Part shown: positions 19,143 to 31,690 of the stretch, piece by piece
Position numbering within the stretch: position 1 is the stretch's first letter
Layout of the letters: each line of letters starts with the position of its first letter
Origin: Thermoanaerobaculia bacterium
Lineage (GTDB): Bacteria; Acidobacteriota; Thermoanaerobaculia; Multivoradales; JAIOJS01
Direction: 5' to 3'
DNA: 64,000 nucleotides
Assembly: GCA_963806095.1 (NCBI GenBank)
Contig: CAWDWV010000002.1
Span: forward strand, 1,054,281 to 1,118,280
The notes under the pieces: generated by a model
The model's database searches: none
Told to the model about the DNA's origin: nothing
Seen by the model: only the letters and a program-made list of their open reading frames with translations
Translations under genes and position numbers: made by a program

Positions 19143-20167
19143 TTACGGCAGGTACGACCCCGTCTGGACGTGGCTCATCGCCAGCGCCGTGACCAGCACC
19201 ACCGCGGCGCGTTCGACGCGCTGCTCGCGGGCGGCCGGGTAGACGAGCTGGAGCTCTTCGGCGCGGCGGCGCATCTGCGCCAGCAGCGCGCGCGTGTGCT
19301 CGGGGAAGTGGCCGGTCCAGCGGTAGACGTCGGCGGGTAGCGCGCGCGCGAGGCCGTCGATCAACGCCGCTGCCGGGCGCGGGTCTTCCGCCAGCCCTCG
19401 CCGCTCGTCGTCGAAGAGCGTCCGCAGCGCGCCGTCCAGCCCCGGCAGCGGGTCACCGCCAGCGTCGCCGTCCGACCTCGCCGTAGAAGTCGCGCAGCGA
19501 GTGGCCGACGGTCGCCGACGTCCTCGTCGAGGTCCTCGTCGGTGACCGCGGGCACCTCGCTGCGCAGCTCCTTCAGCGTGCGGTCGCAGTACTCGAGCTT
19601 CGCCAGCGCGCCACGGCCAGCCCGCGTACTCGCGCCGCCAGTCCAGGCCGCGGCGTCATCCACACCGCGAAGGTCTCCGCCCAGTCCTCGTCGGGGTGCT
19701 TCTGCGCGTACCAGCCGGGCAGGTGGCGGACGTAGCTTGCGGCTGAACGGCTCGGGGCGGTACTCCTCGCGGTAGGGCTGGCTGATGGGGCCGAAGAGCT
19801 CCACCCACTCCGGGCGCTCGTAGAGCCGGTAGGCGTAGTTGACGACGTGCCCCATCTCGTGGCGCAGGTAGCGCAGCACGTCGGCGCGGTCGGCGCCCTC
19901 GACGAAGGCCGGTGCGCTCGTCGTGCAGCGCCGTCAGCTCGGGGCTGCGCGAGGTAGAAGGGGATGGCGATGGCGACGGTGCCGAAGGGCACGCCCCACT
20001 CGGTCGAGAGGTAGGGCCGCGGCCGCACGGCGAGCCCCAGCCGGTCGACCTCGGCGAGGAACTCGTCCACGACCGGCTGCGAGCGGTGTCCCGTCGATGG
20101 CGAGCCCGAGGTCCCGGATCGGCGTGGTGACGTCGTGCGTCTCTTGGAAACCGGTCTCGGCGGCCAT
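19143..20167 (-). pseudogene. Putative zinc-dependent metallopeptidase-like protein (HExxH), split over three or more frames
   Basis: Colinear fragments on the minus strand are spread over three frames: MAAETGFQETHDVTTPIRDLGLAIDG | ...QPVVDEFLAEVDRLGLAVRPRPYLSTEWGVPFGTVAIAIPFYLAQP | LRYLRHEMGHVVNYAYRLYERPEW...EPF | HLPGWYAQKHPDEDWAETFAVWMTP | ...IDGLARALPADVYRWTGHFPEHTRALL. Confidence 0.45.
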
Positions 20168-20240
20168 GGTCCTGGCCGCCGCAACGTGCAAGAGACTTGC
20201 CGCAGCTCGTTGTTGCGCGAGCCGCAGCGCCGCGAAGACG

Positions 20241-20435
20241 TCAGTCTGTTCGCGGGAGGACGACGCTGCGTAGGAGCTCGCTGAGCCGTATGTGGTGTGC
20301 GAGGTCGGCCTCGCGTTCGGCCTCGTCGGGCCAGTCGGGTCGGAGGGCTCTCGCCTGCTCGCGAAGGCTATCGCCGATGCGAAGCTTCGCGGCAGCGTCA
20401 AGGTGCGCGAACTGCCGCAGGTCTTCGGCGCCCAT
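20241..20435 (-). CDS. Hypothetical small protein (64 aa), speculative
   Basis: ORF in the gap between the metallopeptidase-like gene and leuS. High GC3. No recognisable motif. Confidence 0.2.
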   Translation of the reverse strand: MGAEDLRQFAHLDAAAKLRIGDSLREQARALRPDWPDEAEREADLAHHIRLSELLRSVVLPRTD

Positions 20436-20502
20436 GATCGGACTCTACACTGGTCAGACGCTCCACCGCCCCAGGGCCGCCCTTCGTTACAATCCCCCGC
20501 CT

Positions 20503-23063
20503 ATGCGCCGCGAGGTCGAGCCCTACCGCCCCCACGAATTCGAGTCGCGCTGGCAGGACTTCTGGCAGCGCGAGGGGCTCGACCGCACGCCCGAGCCGCC
20601 GCGCGACAAGCGCTACGTCCTCGAGATGCTCGCCCTACCCCTCGGGCGACATCCACATCGGGCACTTCCGCAACTACACGATCGGCGACGTCGTCGCCCG
20701 CTTCGAGCGCATGCGCGGGCACGACGTGCTGCACCCCTTCGGCTGGGACGCCTTCGGGCTGCCGGCGGAGAACGCCGCCATCACCCGCGGCATCCACCCC
20801 GGCGAGTGGACGACGAAGAACATCGAGACCTCGCGCAACACGCTGCGGCAGATGGGGCTCTCCTACGACTGGGAGCGCGAGGTCGTCACCTGCCGCGCCG
20901 ACTACTACAAGTTCACGCAGTGGATGTTCCTGCTGCTGCACCGCCGCGGCCTCGCCTATCGCGCGCGCGCGGCGGTGAACTGGTGCCCGGTGGACCAGAC
21001 GGTGCTCGCCAACGAGCACGTCGTCGACGGCTGCTGCTGGCGGCACCCGGGCGTGCCGGTGGAGAAGCGCGAGCTCGAGCAGTGGTTCTTCCGCATCACC
21101 GAGTACGCGCAGCGGCTGCTCGATGACCTCGACAAGCTCCCCGACTGGCCGGAGAGCACGGTCAAGATGCAGCGCTCGTGGATCGGGCGCAGCGAGGGCG
21201 CCGAGGTGACCTTCCACGTCCCCGGCTGGGCCACCGCCAGCGGCCACGGCGAGGGGATCACGGTGTTCACGACGCGCCCCGACACGCTGTGGGGCGCCAC
21301 CTTCCTCACCCTCGCCCCCGAGCACGCGATGGTGGCCCGCGTGGTCACTCCCGACCAGCGCGCCGAGGTCGATGCCTACGTCACGGCGGCGCGCCGCAAG
21401 ACCGACATCGAGCGCTCCGATCTGACGCGGGAGAAGGACGGCGTCTTCACCGGCGCCTACGCCATCAACCCGGTGACGCACGACCCCATCCCGATCTGGG
21501 TCGCCGACTACGTGCTCGGCGGCTACGGCACCGGCGCCATCATGGGCGTGCCGGCGCACGACGAGCGCGACTTCGCCTTCGCCCGCGCCTACGGGGTGCC
21601 GCTCAAGGTGGTGGTGCAGCCACTGGATCCGCAATCCGGTGGAGAGAAACCCGCGCTGCGGCTCGACGCCGAGACGATGACCGAAGCCTGGTCCGGCGAG
21701 GGAACGATGGTCGACTCGCCGCCGTTCGACGGCACGCCGGCGCCGGAAGGCATCCCGCAGGTGATCGCCTGGCTCGCCGAGCGCGGCATCGGCCGCGCCA
21801 AGGTGCAGTTCCGGCTGCGCGACTGGCTGATCAGCCGCCAGCGCTATTGGGGCTGCCCGATCCCGATGATCCACTGCCAACGAGAGTGCGGCGTCGTGCC
21901 GGTGCCCGAGGAGCAGCTGCCGATCGAGCTGCCGGCGCACGTCGAGAGCTTCATCCCCACCGGGCGCTCGCCGCTCGAGGACGTGCCGGAGTTCATCAAC
22001 ACCACCTGCCCGCAGTGCGGCGGGCCGGCGAAGCGCGACCCCGACACCATGGACACCTTCGTCGACTCGTCGTGGTACATGCTGCGCTACGTCGACGCGA
22101 ACAACGACAGCGAGCCTTTCTCGCGCGAGCGGGCGAAGGAGTGGCTGCCGATCGACCTCTACATCGGCGGCGACGAGCACGCCACCGGCCACCTGCTCTA
22201 CTTCCGCTTCTTCACCAAGGTGCTGTTCGACGCCGGTTGGTTGCCGGTGGAGGAGCCGGTGAGCCGCCTCGTCCACCAGGGCATGGTGGCCGACGCGCAG
22301 GGCGAGACGATGTCGAAGTCGAAGGGGAACGTGGTCTCGCCCGGCGACCTCTTCGCGCGCGACGGCGTCGACGTGCCGCGGCTGGCGATGCTGTTCTTCG
22401 CGCCGTCGGACGCCGAGATCCTGTGGAGCGAGGCGGGCATCGAGGGCACGCGCCGCTTCGTGTACCGGCTGTGGGAGACGATGATCGGCGACCATCGCAG
22501 ACCCGCGCTTCGCGGGCACGGCGGAAGCCGGCGCCGGCATCGACCCCAGCGGACTGTCGAGCGGCGCGCGCGAGGCTTGGCGCCTCGTCCACCGCGCGCT
22601 CGAGCGCACGACGCAGGCTTGCGAGCGCGACCTCGCCTTCAATACCGCCGTCGCCCTCTACATGGAGTGGATCAACGCCGTGCGCCGTGTCGGCGAGCCG
22701 GGGGAGTGGAGCGACGCCGACTTCCCGTCGCTCGCCGCCGCCGTGCGCATCGTGGCGCAGGCGATCGCGCCGCTGGCGCCGCACCTCGGCGAGGAGCTAT
22801 GGCAACGCGTCGGCGGCGAGGGCAGCGTCTTCCGCGCCGGCTGGCCGCAGGTCGACGCCGCCGCCCTGCGCCGCGAAACCGTCGAGGTGCCGGTGCAGGT
22901 CAACGGCAAGCTGCGCAGCCGCATCTACATGGCGCCGGATGCCAGCAAGGAAGAGATGGAGCAGGCGGCGCTCGGCGACGACAAGGTGCGCGAGCTGCTC
23001 GCCGGCAAGCCGCCGCGGCGCGTGATCGTGGTGCCCGGCCGGCTCGTCAACGTCGTCGCGTAG
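20503..23063 (+). CDS. leuS: Leucyl-tRNA synthetase, frameshifted at ~20633 and ~22495
   Basis: [20 protein letters not shown] (HIGH), [32 protein letters not shown] ([12 protein letters not shown]) and the C-terminal anticodon-binding domain. The gene is read across frames 1, 2 and 3. It is essential, so the frameshifts are almost certainly assembly errors. Confidence 0.9.
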
Positions 23064-23069
23064 CTGCGC

Positions 23070-25037
23070 TCAGCCCCGCCGCAGCAGGTAGAACCCGGCG
23101 CGGCCACCCTCGCCCGGGCAGGTGAGCACGGTGAGGCGGCGCGCCGGCGGCAGCGCGAAGCTGACGCCTTCGCCGAGCACGGCGCTGTTGCCGCTGGTGC
23201 TCAGCAGCGCGGCGCCGTCGAGCCACAGCGTCGTCTCGCCGTAGGGCGCGAGCTCGTAGCGGCCGGGGTCGCCCGGGGACTGCTCGCGGGCGAAGGCGAC
23301 GCACGAGGAGGCGACGCGACCGGCGTCGACGAACCCTTCGACGGCGCGCAGCGGCGGCTGCGGCATTCGCGGGTAGGCGGGCCAGTCAGCGAGCGGCGCA
23401 TCTACCGGCGGTGGCAGCGCGCCTGCCGGCACCACCCGCCAGTCGAGGACGAAGCTTCCCGGCGGCGGCTCGACGAGAGCGAAAAGCGCCTGGAAGCCGA
23501 CGTGCAGCGGCCGCGCGCGCGGGTCGTTGCGCAGGCGCGCGAGCAGCCGCGGCGGCGCTCCCGGCAGCGACCAGGCGACGAAGCGGCTGTCGAGCTCGGC
23601 GATCGCGAGCAGCGGCACGTCGGGCGCCTCGCCGGCGAAGAGCGCGCGCTGAGCGGCGGCGGCGCGCGGGAACGGCACCGCCATCGCCGCCGGGTCGAGG
23701 ACGTTCAGGTAGCGCCCCTGCGGCGCCCACAGCAGGTAGAGCGCCGTCTCGCCCCACGGCGACGCCACGGTGGCACCGGCGGGCACGGCGCGCGCGAAGG
23801 CGGCGTAGTCCTTCAGGCGCGTGTTCTCGGGGCCGGGATCGGTGCGCCGCGCGAACCGCGCCAGCTCCTGCGAGGTGCCCGGCACGGCGATGAGCGCGGC
23901 GAGCACGACCGCGGCCGCCAGCGGCAGCGAGCCGCGCCAGGGCAGCCGCACGCGCCCGCCCGGCGCCTCGCCGCGGCTCTTGATGTGGAAGAGCAACCAC
24001 AGCAGCGCGAACGGGAAGGCGTAGATCGAGAAGCGCGAGACGAGCAGGTAGAGGCCGCCGAAGCAGAGCGCGGCGAGACCGAACGCATCGGCGAGGTCGC
24101 GCGCCTGCGCAGCGCCCGCGTCCGCGCGTCCGTCAGGCCGCCGGCTGCGCCAGAGAACCGCGGCCAGCAACCACAAGCCGGCGTTGGCGAGCAGCGTCAC
24201 CTGCGGCGACGGCGGGCCGAGCTCGCTGCCGCTGTCGAGCGTCCCCTTCAACGCGAAGACGTCGAGCGCGGCGAGCTTCCACACCAGCAGGTTGGCGGGG
24301 AACGCGGGGTGCACCAGCAAACCGGCTCCCGTGCCGAGCACCGCGTAGAGAGCGAGCGCCCAATCCCAGCGCCGCCGCGCCCAGCCGGTGAAGACGAAGA
24401 GCAGCAGGAAGAGCCCGAGGAAGGCGTGCCACGCGACGTAGGCGAGCGCGAAGGCGAAGGCGATCGCGCCGAGCAGCCGGTAGCGGCGCGTGCCGGCGGC
24501 GGCGAGGGCGAGCAGCAGCAGCAGCAGCGCCAGCAGCTCCGGCCGCAGCCGCACGAGGCGCCAAAACATCTCCAGCGAGCCGAGGCCGAGGGCCGGCGCC
24601 GCCAGCAGGCCCCACCACCCGGCGGCCTTGACGCCGAGCCCGGCAATCGCCGCCAGCACCAGCGCGTCGAGGAGCGCGAGGGCGAGGCGCCCGCCGGCGA
24701 GCGGGTCACCGTCCGCAGCGAAAGGCGCCAGCGCGAGGTGGAAGAGCAGCACGTTGTCGCTGTAGCCGTAGAGCGTCAGCGCGCTCATCCGCACCTGCGG
24801 CAGCTCGTGCAGCACTCCCTGCTCGGCGGTCGCGCGCGCCACCGCCAGGTGGTACGCGCCGTCGGTGTCGGCGAGCAGTGGATGGCGCTGGTAGAACCCC
24901 CACAGCAACGGCAGGGCGACGACGAAAGTGCCGAACGCCGCTACCCACGGCGCGCGCCGCGGCGCCAGCAGCGAGGCCGCACGGGCCCCTAGCGAAGGCC
25001 CGTGGCCCGCCTCCTGCGTCCCCTGGGCTGGTTGCAC
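23070..25037 (-). CDS. Polytopic integral membrane protein (about 12 TM; glycosyltransferase-39/ArnT-like topology). Hypothetical.
   Basis: 655 aa with many hydrophobic helices ([53 protein letters not shown]...) and a large C-terminal soluble domain. Confidence 0.65.
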   Translation of the reverse strand: MQPAQGTQEAGHGPSLGARAASLLAPRRAPWVAAFGTFVVALPLLWGFYQRHPLLADTDGAYHLAVARATAEQGVLHELPQVRMSALTLYGYSDNVLLFHLALAPFAADGDPLAGGRLALALLDALVLAAIAGLGVKAAGWWGLLAAPALGLGSLEMFWRLVRLRPELLALLLLLLALAAAGTRRYRLLGAIAFAFALAYVAWHAFLGLFLLLFVFTGWARRRWDWALALYAVLGTGAGLLVHPAFPANLLVWKLAALDVFALKGTLDSGSELGPPSPQVTLLANAGLWLLAAVLWRSRRPDGRADAGAAQARDLADAFGLAALCFGGLYLLVSRFSIYAFPFALLWLLFHIKSRGEAPGGRVRLPWRGSLPLAAAVVLAALIAVPGTSQELARFARRTDPGPENTRLKDYAAFARAVPAGATVASPWGETALYLLWAPQGRYLNVLDPAAMAVPFPRAAAAQRALFAGEAPDVPLLAIAELDSRFVAWSLPGAPPRLLARLRNDPRARPLHVGFQALFALVEPPPGSFVLDWRVVPAGALPPPVDAPLADWPAYPRMPQPPLRAVEGFVDAGRVASSCVAFAREQSPGDPGRYELAPYGETTLWLDGAALLSTSGNSAVLGEGVSFALPPARRLTVLTCPGEGGRAGFYLLRRG

Positions 25038-25149
25038 GGCGGCATCCTAGACCGCCGCAGCCCTTCCGGACTGGCACCGATCTCGCACTCGCAGGAACAC
25101 GTCCAACCGCCGCAAGGCGGGTCGCAATACCGGCAACGGAGGCAATCAG

Positions 25150-25425
25150 ATGACCGCGACCCAAATGTTCCGCAAGCTCATCGATCCCGCCGACCCCGTG
25201 CAGGTCGACGAGTTCTACCAGAATTTCCGGCCCACCATCCCGATGGACCGCGCCCTGCTCTGTCTCGACTGCGATTCGATCTTCGAGGCCGAGGGGACGC
25301 AGAAGTGTCCATCCTGCGGCTCGAGCACGGCGTGGGCGATCGGCCGCGCGCTCAACCGCCCGACGAACGGCCACGCATCCGTAGGGGAGGGGCACCTCGA
25401 GCGCGCCGCCTCGACCCGGCACTGA
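25150..25425 (+). CDS. Small zinc-ribbon protein (CxxC...CxxC)
   Basis: LCLDCDSIFEAEGTQKCPSCGSS. RBS-like GGAGG lies upstream. Somewhat lower GC than its surroundings. Confidence 0.4.
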   Translation: MTATQMFRKLIDPADPVQVDEFYQNFRPTIPMDRALLCLDCDSIFEAEGTQKCPSCGSSTAWAIGRALNRPTNGHASVGEGHLERAASTRH

Positions 25426-25500
25426 AAACTGCACCAGCAAAGCACGGAAGACTGCACTGAGAGCTGCTCCGTGGGGCCGGCGCGGTAGGCTTCCGCCCTG

Positions 25501-26355
25501 ATGGCAGAGCGCCGCCGCAACCGCCGCTGGCCCCGGCAGCTCGAGGTGCGCTTCTGGAAGCAGGGCGAGGAGGGGCAGGGGAGCCGCGCCGTCTCCACCA
25601 ACGTTTCGCGCACCGGCATCTTCGTGCGCACGCAGATGGTGCTGCCCAGCGGCTCGCGAATGCGCCTCGCCATCGGCCACACCGGCCGCAGCTTCACCGT
25701 CGAGGGCGTGGTCATGCGCGCGCTGCGTTCGCCGGCGCACCTGCAGTCGGTGATGCCGTCGGGGATGGGCGTGCGCTTCCTGAGCGCCGAGGAGCTGTTG
25801 GAAGAGCTGCTGCCGGCGATCGACTTCGACGCCGAAGAGCGCATCCCGAGCGGCATGGGAACGACGAAAGGCGCGGCGGTGGAGGAAGCGCCCGTCGAGC
25901 TACCCGAACCGCCATCCGGCGCCTACTCGATGCGGGGCGACGCGCTGACGCCGCCGCCGCGCGAAACCGTGCGCCCGCCGGCGCCGCCATCGACGCCGAC
26001 ACCTCCGCCGCGGTCCGCCGCCGTGGCACCGCCCGCCGGCACGCCGATCGAGCCCACGCAGCTCTACCCGCTGCGCTTCCGCGACCCCGACCAGTTCCGC
26101 CGCGTCTTCGACCGCGACGTCAAGACCGGCGGCCTGTTCATCCAAACCAGCCGCCCGCCGGCGCTCGACGCCGTGATCGTCGTCGAGGTGGGCGTCGAGG
26201 GCCTGGCGGTGCCGCCCATCCGCCTGCAGGCGCGGGTGGTGCATCGCATGGAGCCGCCGCGCGACTCGCCGCCCGGCAACCTGCTCGCCGGCATGGGTGT
26301 GCAGTTCCTCGACGTCGACAGGGCCGTCGAGCAGCTGCGCGCCCTACTGCGCTGA
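25501..26355 (+). CDS. Tandem PilZ-domain protein (putative c-di-GMP receptor)
   Basis: N-terminal PilZ motif RRNRRWPRQLEVRF...STNVSRTGIFVRT. Second copy RFRDPDQFRRVFDRDVKTGGLFIQTS. The two are separated by a Pro-rich linker. Confidence 0.7.
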   Translation: MAERRRNRRWPRQLEVRFWKQGEEGQGSRAVSTNVSRTGIFVRTQMVLPSGSRMRLAIGHTGRSFTVEGVVMRALRSPAHLQSVMPSGMGVRFLSAEELLEELLPAIDFDAEERIPSGMGTTKGAAVEEAPVELPEPPSGAYSMRGDALTPPPRETVRPPAPPSTPTPPPRSAAVAPPAGTPIEPTQLYPLRFRDPDQFRRVFDRDVKTGGLFIQTSRPPALDAVIVVEVGVEGLAVPPIRLQARVVHRMEPPRDSPPGNLLAGMGVQFLDVDRAVEQLRALLR

Positions 26356-26367
26356 AGCCGCGAGGAT

Positions 26368-26386
26368 GGCGGCCGCGGAGGCCGCC
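26368..26386 (+). terminator. GC-rich hairpin (7-bp stem GGCGGCC/GGCCGCC, 5-nt loop) 13 nt after the PilZ stop
   Basis: Perfect inverted repeat. No U-tract follows, as is common in high-GC genomes. Confidence 0.3.
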
Positions 26387-26658
26387 CTACATGCGCGTAG
26401 GGCGGGCTCGGCGCCCGCCATCGGGGTGCGGCGCGAGCGCTCGCTCGCCGTCCCTGCCGCGGCGCGCCGGCGTCCTCTACAGATGGCGGCGCCGCCTGCA
26501 CAGCACCGCGGATTACGGAGCCAAGTTGCTGCGCCGTCAAGAGAAACGGCCGCTGCTCTGCTGTGGCACTGCCGTTGCTCTCGCCGCTCCGCAGCGGGCC
26601 GTGCGCCCGACGCAACGAATCAAGACATGACCCTCGAGAGAGAGGAGAGGAGACGGCG

Positions 26659-27387
26659 ATGAAGCGATCGTGGTGGGTGGGTGGAGCCTTGTTCGTCCTT
26701 CTGGCCGCCGCCGCGCTGCCGGCTGAAGCGCAGCCGCAGCCGTACGGCCGCGGTTACGAGCGCTACGGCAACCAGCAGTCGGTGCGCCTGCGCCTCGGCC
26801 TGTTCACCCCGGAGGGCGACTCCGACTTCTTCGACGAGACGGCCGACGACTTCACGGGCGAGGCCGAGGACTTCGAGGACATCGTCGCCGGCGTCGACTA
26901 CGTCTTCGGCCTGCACCGCCACGTCGGCCTCATGCTCTCGGCCGACTACTTCGAAGGGCAGCAGGACCAGTCCTACCGCAACTTCGAGGACAACCAGGGC
27001 AACCGCATCAGCCATACGACGACGCTGGAGATCTCGCCGATCACCGCCGGAATCGTCGTGCGCCTGGCGCCCGAGCAGTCGCCGGTGATGCCCTACGTCG
27101 GCGCCGGCGGCGGCCTCTACGTCTGGCGCTACGAAGAGTCGGGCGACTTCATCGACTTCGGCGGCGTCACCTTGCCGGTGTTCACCGACACGCTCGAGGA
27201 CGACGGCGCCGCCCTCGGCTACTACGTGATGGCCGGGATCGACGTGCCGCTCTCGCCCTACTTCTCGCTGTTCGCCGAGGGCCGGTGGGACGTCGCCGAC
27301 GACGACCTGGGCGGCGACTTCGCGGAGCTCGGCACCCTCGACCTCTCGGGCCGCCGCGTGATGGGCGGCATCGCCTGGCGTTTTTGA
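26659..27387 (+). CDS. Outer-membrane beta-barrel protein (OmpW/OmpA-like porin family)
   Basis: Strong RBS (AGGAGAGGAGACGGCG-ATG). Signal peptide MKRSWWVGGALFVLLAAAALPAEA. Alternating amphipathic beta-strands. C-terminal ...GGIAWRF with a terminal aromatic residue. Confidence 0.7.
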   Translation: MKRSWWVGGALFVLLAAAALPAEAQPQPYGRGYERYGNQQSVRLRLGLFTPEGDSDFFDETADDFTGEAEDFEDIVAGVDYVFGLHRHVGLMLSADYFEGQQDQSYRNFEDNQGNRISHTTTLEISPITAGIVVRLAPEQSPVMPYVGAGGGLYVWRYEESGDFIDFGGVTLPVFTDTLEDDGAALGYYVMAGIDVPLSPYFSLFAEGRWDVADDDLGGDFAELGTLDLSGRRVMGGIAWRF

Positions 27388-27432
27388 GCGGGTGTTAGAC
27401 TGCCTCCTGGCCGCCGTGCGCGAATGCGCGGC

Positions 27433-27440
27433 GCCAGGAG
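27433..27440 (+). promoter_or_regulatory. Shine-Dalgarno AGGAGG, 8 nt upstream of the 27448 ATG
   Basis: The sequence ccAGGAGGtttctcATG is directly visible. Confidence 0.5.
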
Positions 27441-27447
27441 GTTTCTC

Positions 27448-27890
27448 ATGCCCTACTCCCCCATGCTAGTCAAGCCGATGCGCGAGGAGCTCACCTCCTC
27501 CGGCGTCGAGGAGCTGCTCACCCCCGCCGACGTCGACCGCTGGATGGGCCAGCGCGAAGGCACGGCGCTGCTGATCGTCAACTCGGTGTGCGGCTGCGCG
27601 GCCGGCGCCGCGCGCCCCGGCGTCCGCGCCGCCCTGCAGGGCGCCGCGCTGCCCGACCGCGTGGCCACCGTCTTCGCCGGCCAGGACGTCGAGGCCACCG
27701 CGCAAGGCGCGCGCGTACTTCGCCGACATCCCGCCGCAGCAGCCCGTCGATGGCGCTGTTCAAGGACGGCGAGCTGGTCTACTTCGTGCCGCGCCACCGC
27801 ATCGAGGGACGCAGCGCCCAGGAGCTGGCCGCCGACCTGGCGCAGGCCTTCGAGCGCTGGTGCGTCGCCGAGACGGCCGCCTCCCGGTAG
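27448..27890 (+). CDS. Bacilliredoxin-like protein (YphP/YqiW, DUF1094 family; CGC active-site motif). One frameshift at ~27715.
   Basis: MPYSPMLVKPMREELTSSGVEELLTPADVDRWMGQREGTALLIVNSVCGCAAG... then, in another frame, ...MALFKDGELVYFVPRHRIEGRSAQELAADLAQAFERWC-stop. Confidence 0.6.
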
Positions 27891-27912
27891 TCGCGCGCGA
27901 GTCGGCTACCGC

Positions 27913-28221
27913 GTGGGCACCTTCCACAACGACAAGGGCGAGCTCCACGGCATCACCGTGGTGGTCGACACCGACGGGCCCGAGGTGTTCGTCGGCCGCT
28001 GTCACGAGGTGACGGCGGCCGGCGTCGTGCTGCTCGACGTCGACGTGCACAGCGCCGAGGCGGACGAGGGCGGCGACGCTGGTTTCGACCAGAAGGCGAG
28101 CAAGGCCGCCTGGGTGAGCCGCGCCGCGCGCTTCGGCGTCTGGGGCAGGCACCGCCACCTGGTGGTGCCGCGCGAGAGGGTGGCCTCCATCCGCCGCCTC
28201 GGCGACGTCGCCGCCGAGTAG
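27913..28221 (+). CDS. Hypothetical small protein (GTG start), speculative
   Basis: 102-aa ORF immediately downstream of the bacilliredoxin-like gene. No motif recognised. Confidence 0.3.
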   Translation: MGTFHNDKGELHGITVVVDTDGPEVFVGRCHEVTAAGVVLLDVDVHSAEADEGGDAGFDQKASKAAWVSRAARFGVWGRHRHLVVPRERVASIRRLGDVAAE

Positions 28222-28238
28222 CGAGGGCCGAGGTCCGC

Positions 28239-29905
<1,667 letters not shown>

Positions 29906-29948
29906 AGTAGACGGCGGGTGCGGAGCCCGCCCTGCGGCGGCGGCCCAA

Positions 29949-30761
29949 TCAGAGGATCGTCAACATCCGCTTGGCGCTGTTCCAGCGCGTCTTGCGGCCG
30001 AGCGCCGTCGCCACCGCCACGACGTCGACCCATCCTCGTGCGTCGATGGTCTCGATCGGGATCGAATTGCCGTTGGCGAGCGCAAGCTCGGTGGCCGCGG
30101 CGCCCGGAGCGGGTAGCCCGAGCTTGGCCGCCACCGCGGCGGCAGTGGCGTAGAGGCTCTCGTTGATCAACTGCGCGTCGCCGATCTTCTTGCCCTGGAA
30201 GTCGACGCTGGCGAGCACCGGCGCCTCCACCGGCTCGGCCGCCGTCTCCAGGTTCGACTGCACCAGGGTGCGGAAGAAGGTGCCCACCTGCGAGATGCTC
30301 ATCGCCGGCTCCCAGGGCAGCACCATCGGGTCCCATTTCCCTTCCTGCGCGATGCCGAGCAGCACCTGCACCTCGCCGTGGCCGAGCACCGTCTGCGGCG
30401 TCACTTGTATCGAGTAGGTGCGGCAGAGCTCGGCGGCGACGTCGGCCAGCCGCCGCCACTGCGGCTCGAGCATCGGCGAAGAGCCGGCCTGGAACGGGCT
30501 CTGGCTCGCGCCCGCCATGGCGCAGACGGCGATGCCGATGGAACCGGTGTTGGCACCCTTGGTGTGCGCCGCGTAGACGCCGTTGGCGGTGCTCACGTTG
30601 TCGGCGATGGAGCGGCGGCCGCGCACCACCTTGCCGTCGGCCTCGACGAGGAAGTGGTAGTGCTCCTTGTCGAGCGAGCTCGCCGTGTGGGCGCCGGCCG
30701 TCCAGTGGCAGATGACGCGGCGCATGGAGCAGTTGGGTAACCAGGCGGGGTCGAGGATCAT
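29949..30761 (-). CDS. N-acetylmuramoyl-L-alanine amidase (Amidase_2 / PGRP fold)
   Basis: The VICHWTAGAHTAS...HYHFLV core matches Amidase_2. Clean 270-aa ORF. Confidence 0.7.
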   Translation of the reverse strand: MILDPAWLPNCSMRRVICHWTAGAHTASSLDKEHYHFLVEADGKVVRGRRSIADNVSTANGVYAAHTKGANTGSIGIAVCAMAGASQSPFQAGSSPMLEPQWRRLADVAAELCRTYSIQVTPQTVLGHGEVQVLLGIAQEGKWDPMVLPWEPAMSISQVGTFFRTLVQSNLETAAEPVEAPVLASVDFQGKKIGDAQLINESLYATAAAVAAKLGLPAPGAAATELALANGNSIPIETIDARGWVDVVAVATALGRKTRWNSAKRMLTIL

Positions 30762-30780
30762 CGGCAGCCTCCCGCAGCAG

Positions 30781-31572
30781 CTACATGAGTGACTTGACGT
30801 AGCCGCCGTCGACGGTGATCGCCTGCCCGGTCAAGTACGACGCCGCCGGCGAGCAGAGGAAGGCCACCACCTCGGCGATCTCGTGCGGCTCGGCGAGGCG
30901 CCCGGCCGGCACCGCCGCCGCCCACTCGGCGAGCACCTCCTCGGCCTTGCGGCCGGTACGCAGCGAGGCCGCCTGGGCGAGCTCCTCCTGGCGGTCGGTG
31001 CGCGTGTAGCCGGGGAGCACGGAGTTGACCGTGATGCCGTCGCGCGCCACCTCCTGCGACAGGGTCTTGAGGTAGCCGACCACCGCCGGCCGCAGCGTGT
31101 TGGAGAGCGCCAGGTTCGGGATCGGCTGCCGCGCCGACACCGAATTGAGCGCGACGATCCGCCCCCAGCCGCGCTTGCGCATCCCCGGCAGCACCAGCGA
31201 GCACAGCCGCGGGACGAAGAGCAGGCAGAGGTTGAGGGCCTCCTGCCAATCCTGCTCCTCGAGGTCGACGGCGCGCTTGCTCGGCGGGCCGCCGCCGTTG
31301 GCGACCAGCACGTCCACCGGGCCGACGGTGCCCTCGGTCTGCTGCACCAGCCGCTTGAGCGACTCCGCCGAGCGCACGTCGACGACGACGGCCTCGACCT
31401 GGGCCCCTTCGGCCGCAAGCTCGTTGTGCGCGCGCTCGAGCTTGGCACCGCCGCGGCTCGCGATCACCACCTTGGCGCCGCGCTGCGCCAGCGCCCGCGC
31501 GGTGGCGAACCCCATCCCGCTACTGGCGCCGGTGAGCAGCGCCACCTTCCCCTCCAGGCTCCACTTGCTCAT
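30781..31572 (-). CDS. SDR-family oxidoreductase (3-oxoacyl-ACP reductase-like)
   Basis: [15 protein letters not shown] (TGxxxGxG). NGGG, S...YxxxK region ([29 protein letters not shown]). ITVNSVLPG. Confidence 0.85.
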   Translation of the reverse strand: MSKWSLEGKVALLTGASSGMGFATARALAQRGAKVVIASRGGAKLERAHNELAAEGAQVEAVVVDVRSAESLKRLVQQTEGTVGPVDVLVANGGGPPSKRAVDLEEQDWQEALNLCLLFVPRLCSLVLPGMRKRGWGRIVALNSVSARQPIPNLALSNTLRPAVVGYLKTLSQEVARDGITVNSVLPGYTRTDRQEELAQAASLRTGRKAEEVLAEWAAAVPAGRLAEPHEIAEVVAFLCSPAASYLTGQAITVDGGYVKSLM

Positions 31573-31690
31573 GAGGGTCCTATCCTAGCCCGACTGACCG
31601 AGGCGTTCTCTCGCCGACGCGCGGCGGCGCGGCGTCGGATAGGCTGGCCGCAGCGACTCTGCGTCATCGACCGGAACGGAGGTCATTGTC

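Noticed and set aside
20501-22642. 713-aa minus-strand ORF opposite leuS; also 31664-34162 (832 aa) opposite the S8 protease, 37282-40665 (1127 aa) opposite fadJ/hemY, 46060-48033 (657 aa) opposite the second kinase, 11343-13136 and 13246-14286 opposite the flotillin/HK
   Set aside because: All are antisense to strongly supported genes. They are compositionally Arg/Gly/Ala-biased (GC-skewed third frame) and lack domains. These are artefacts of >70% GC.
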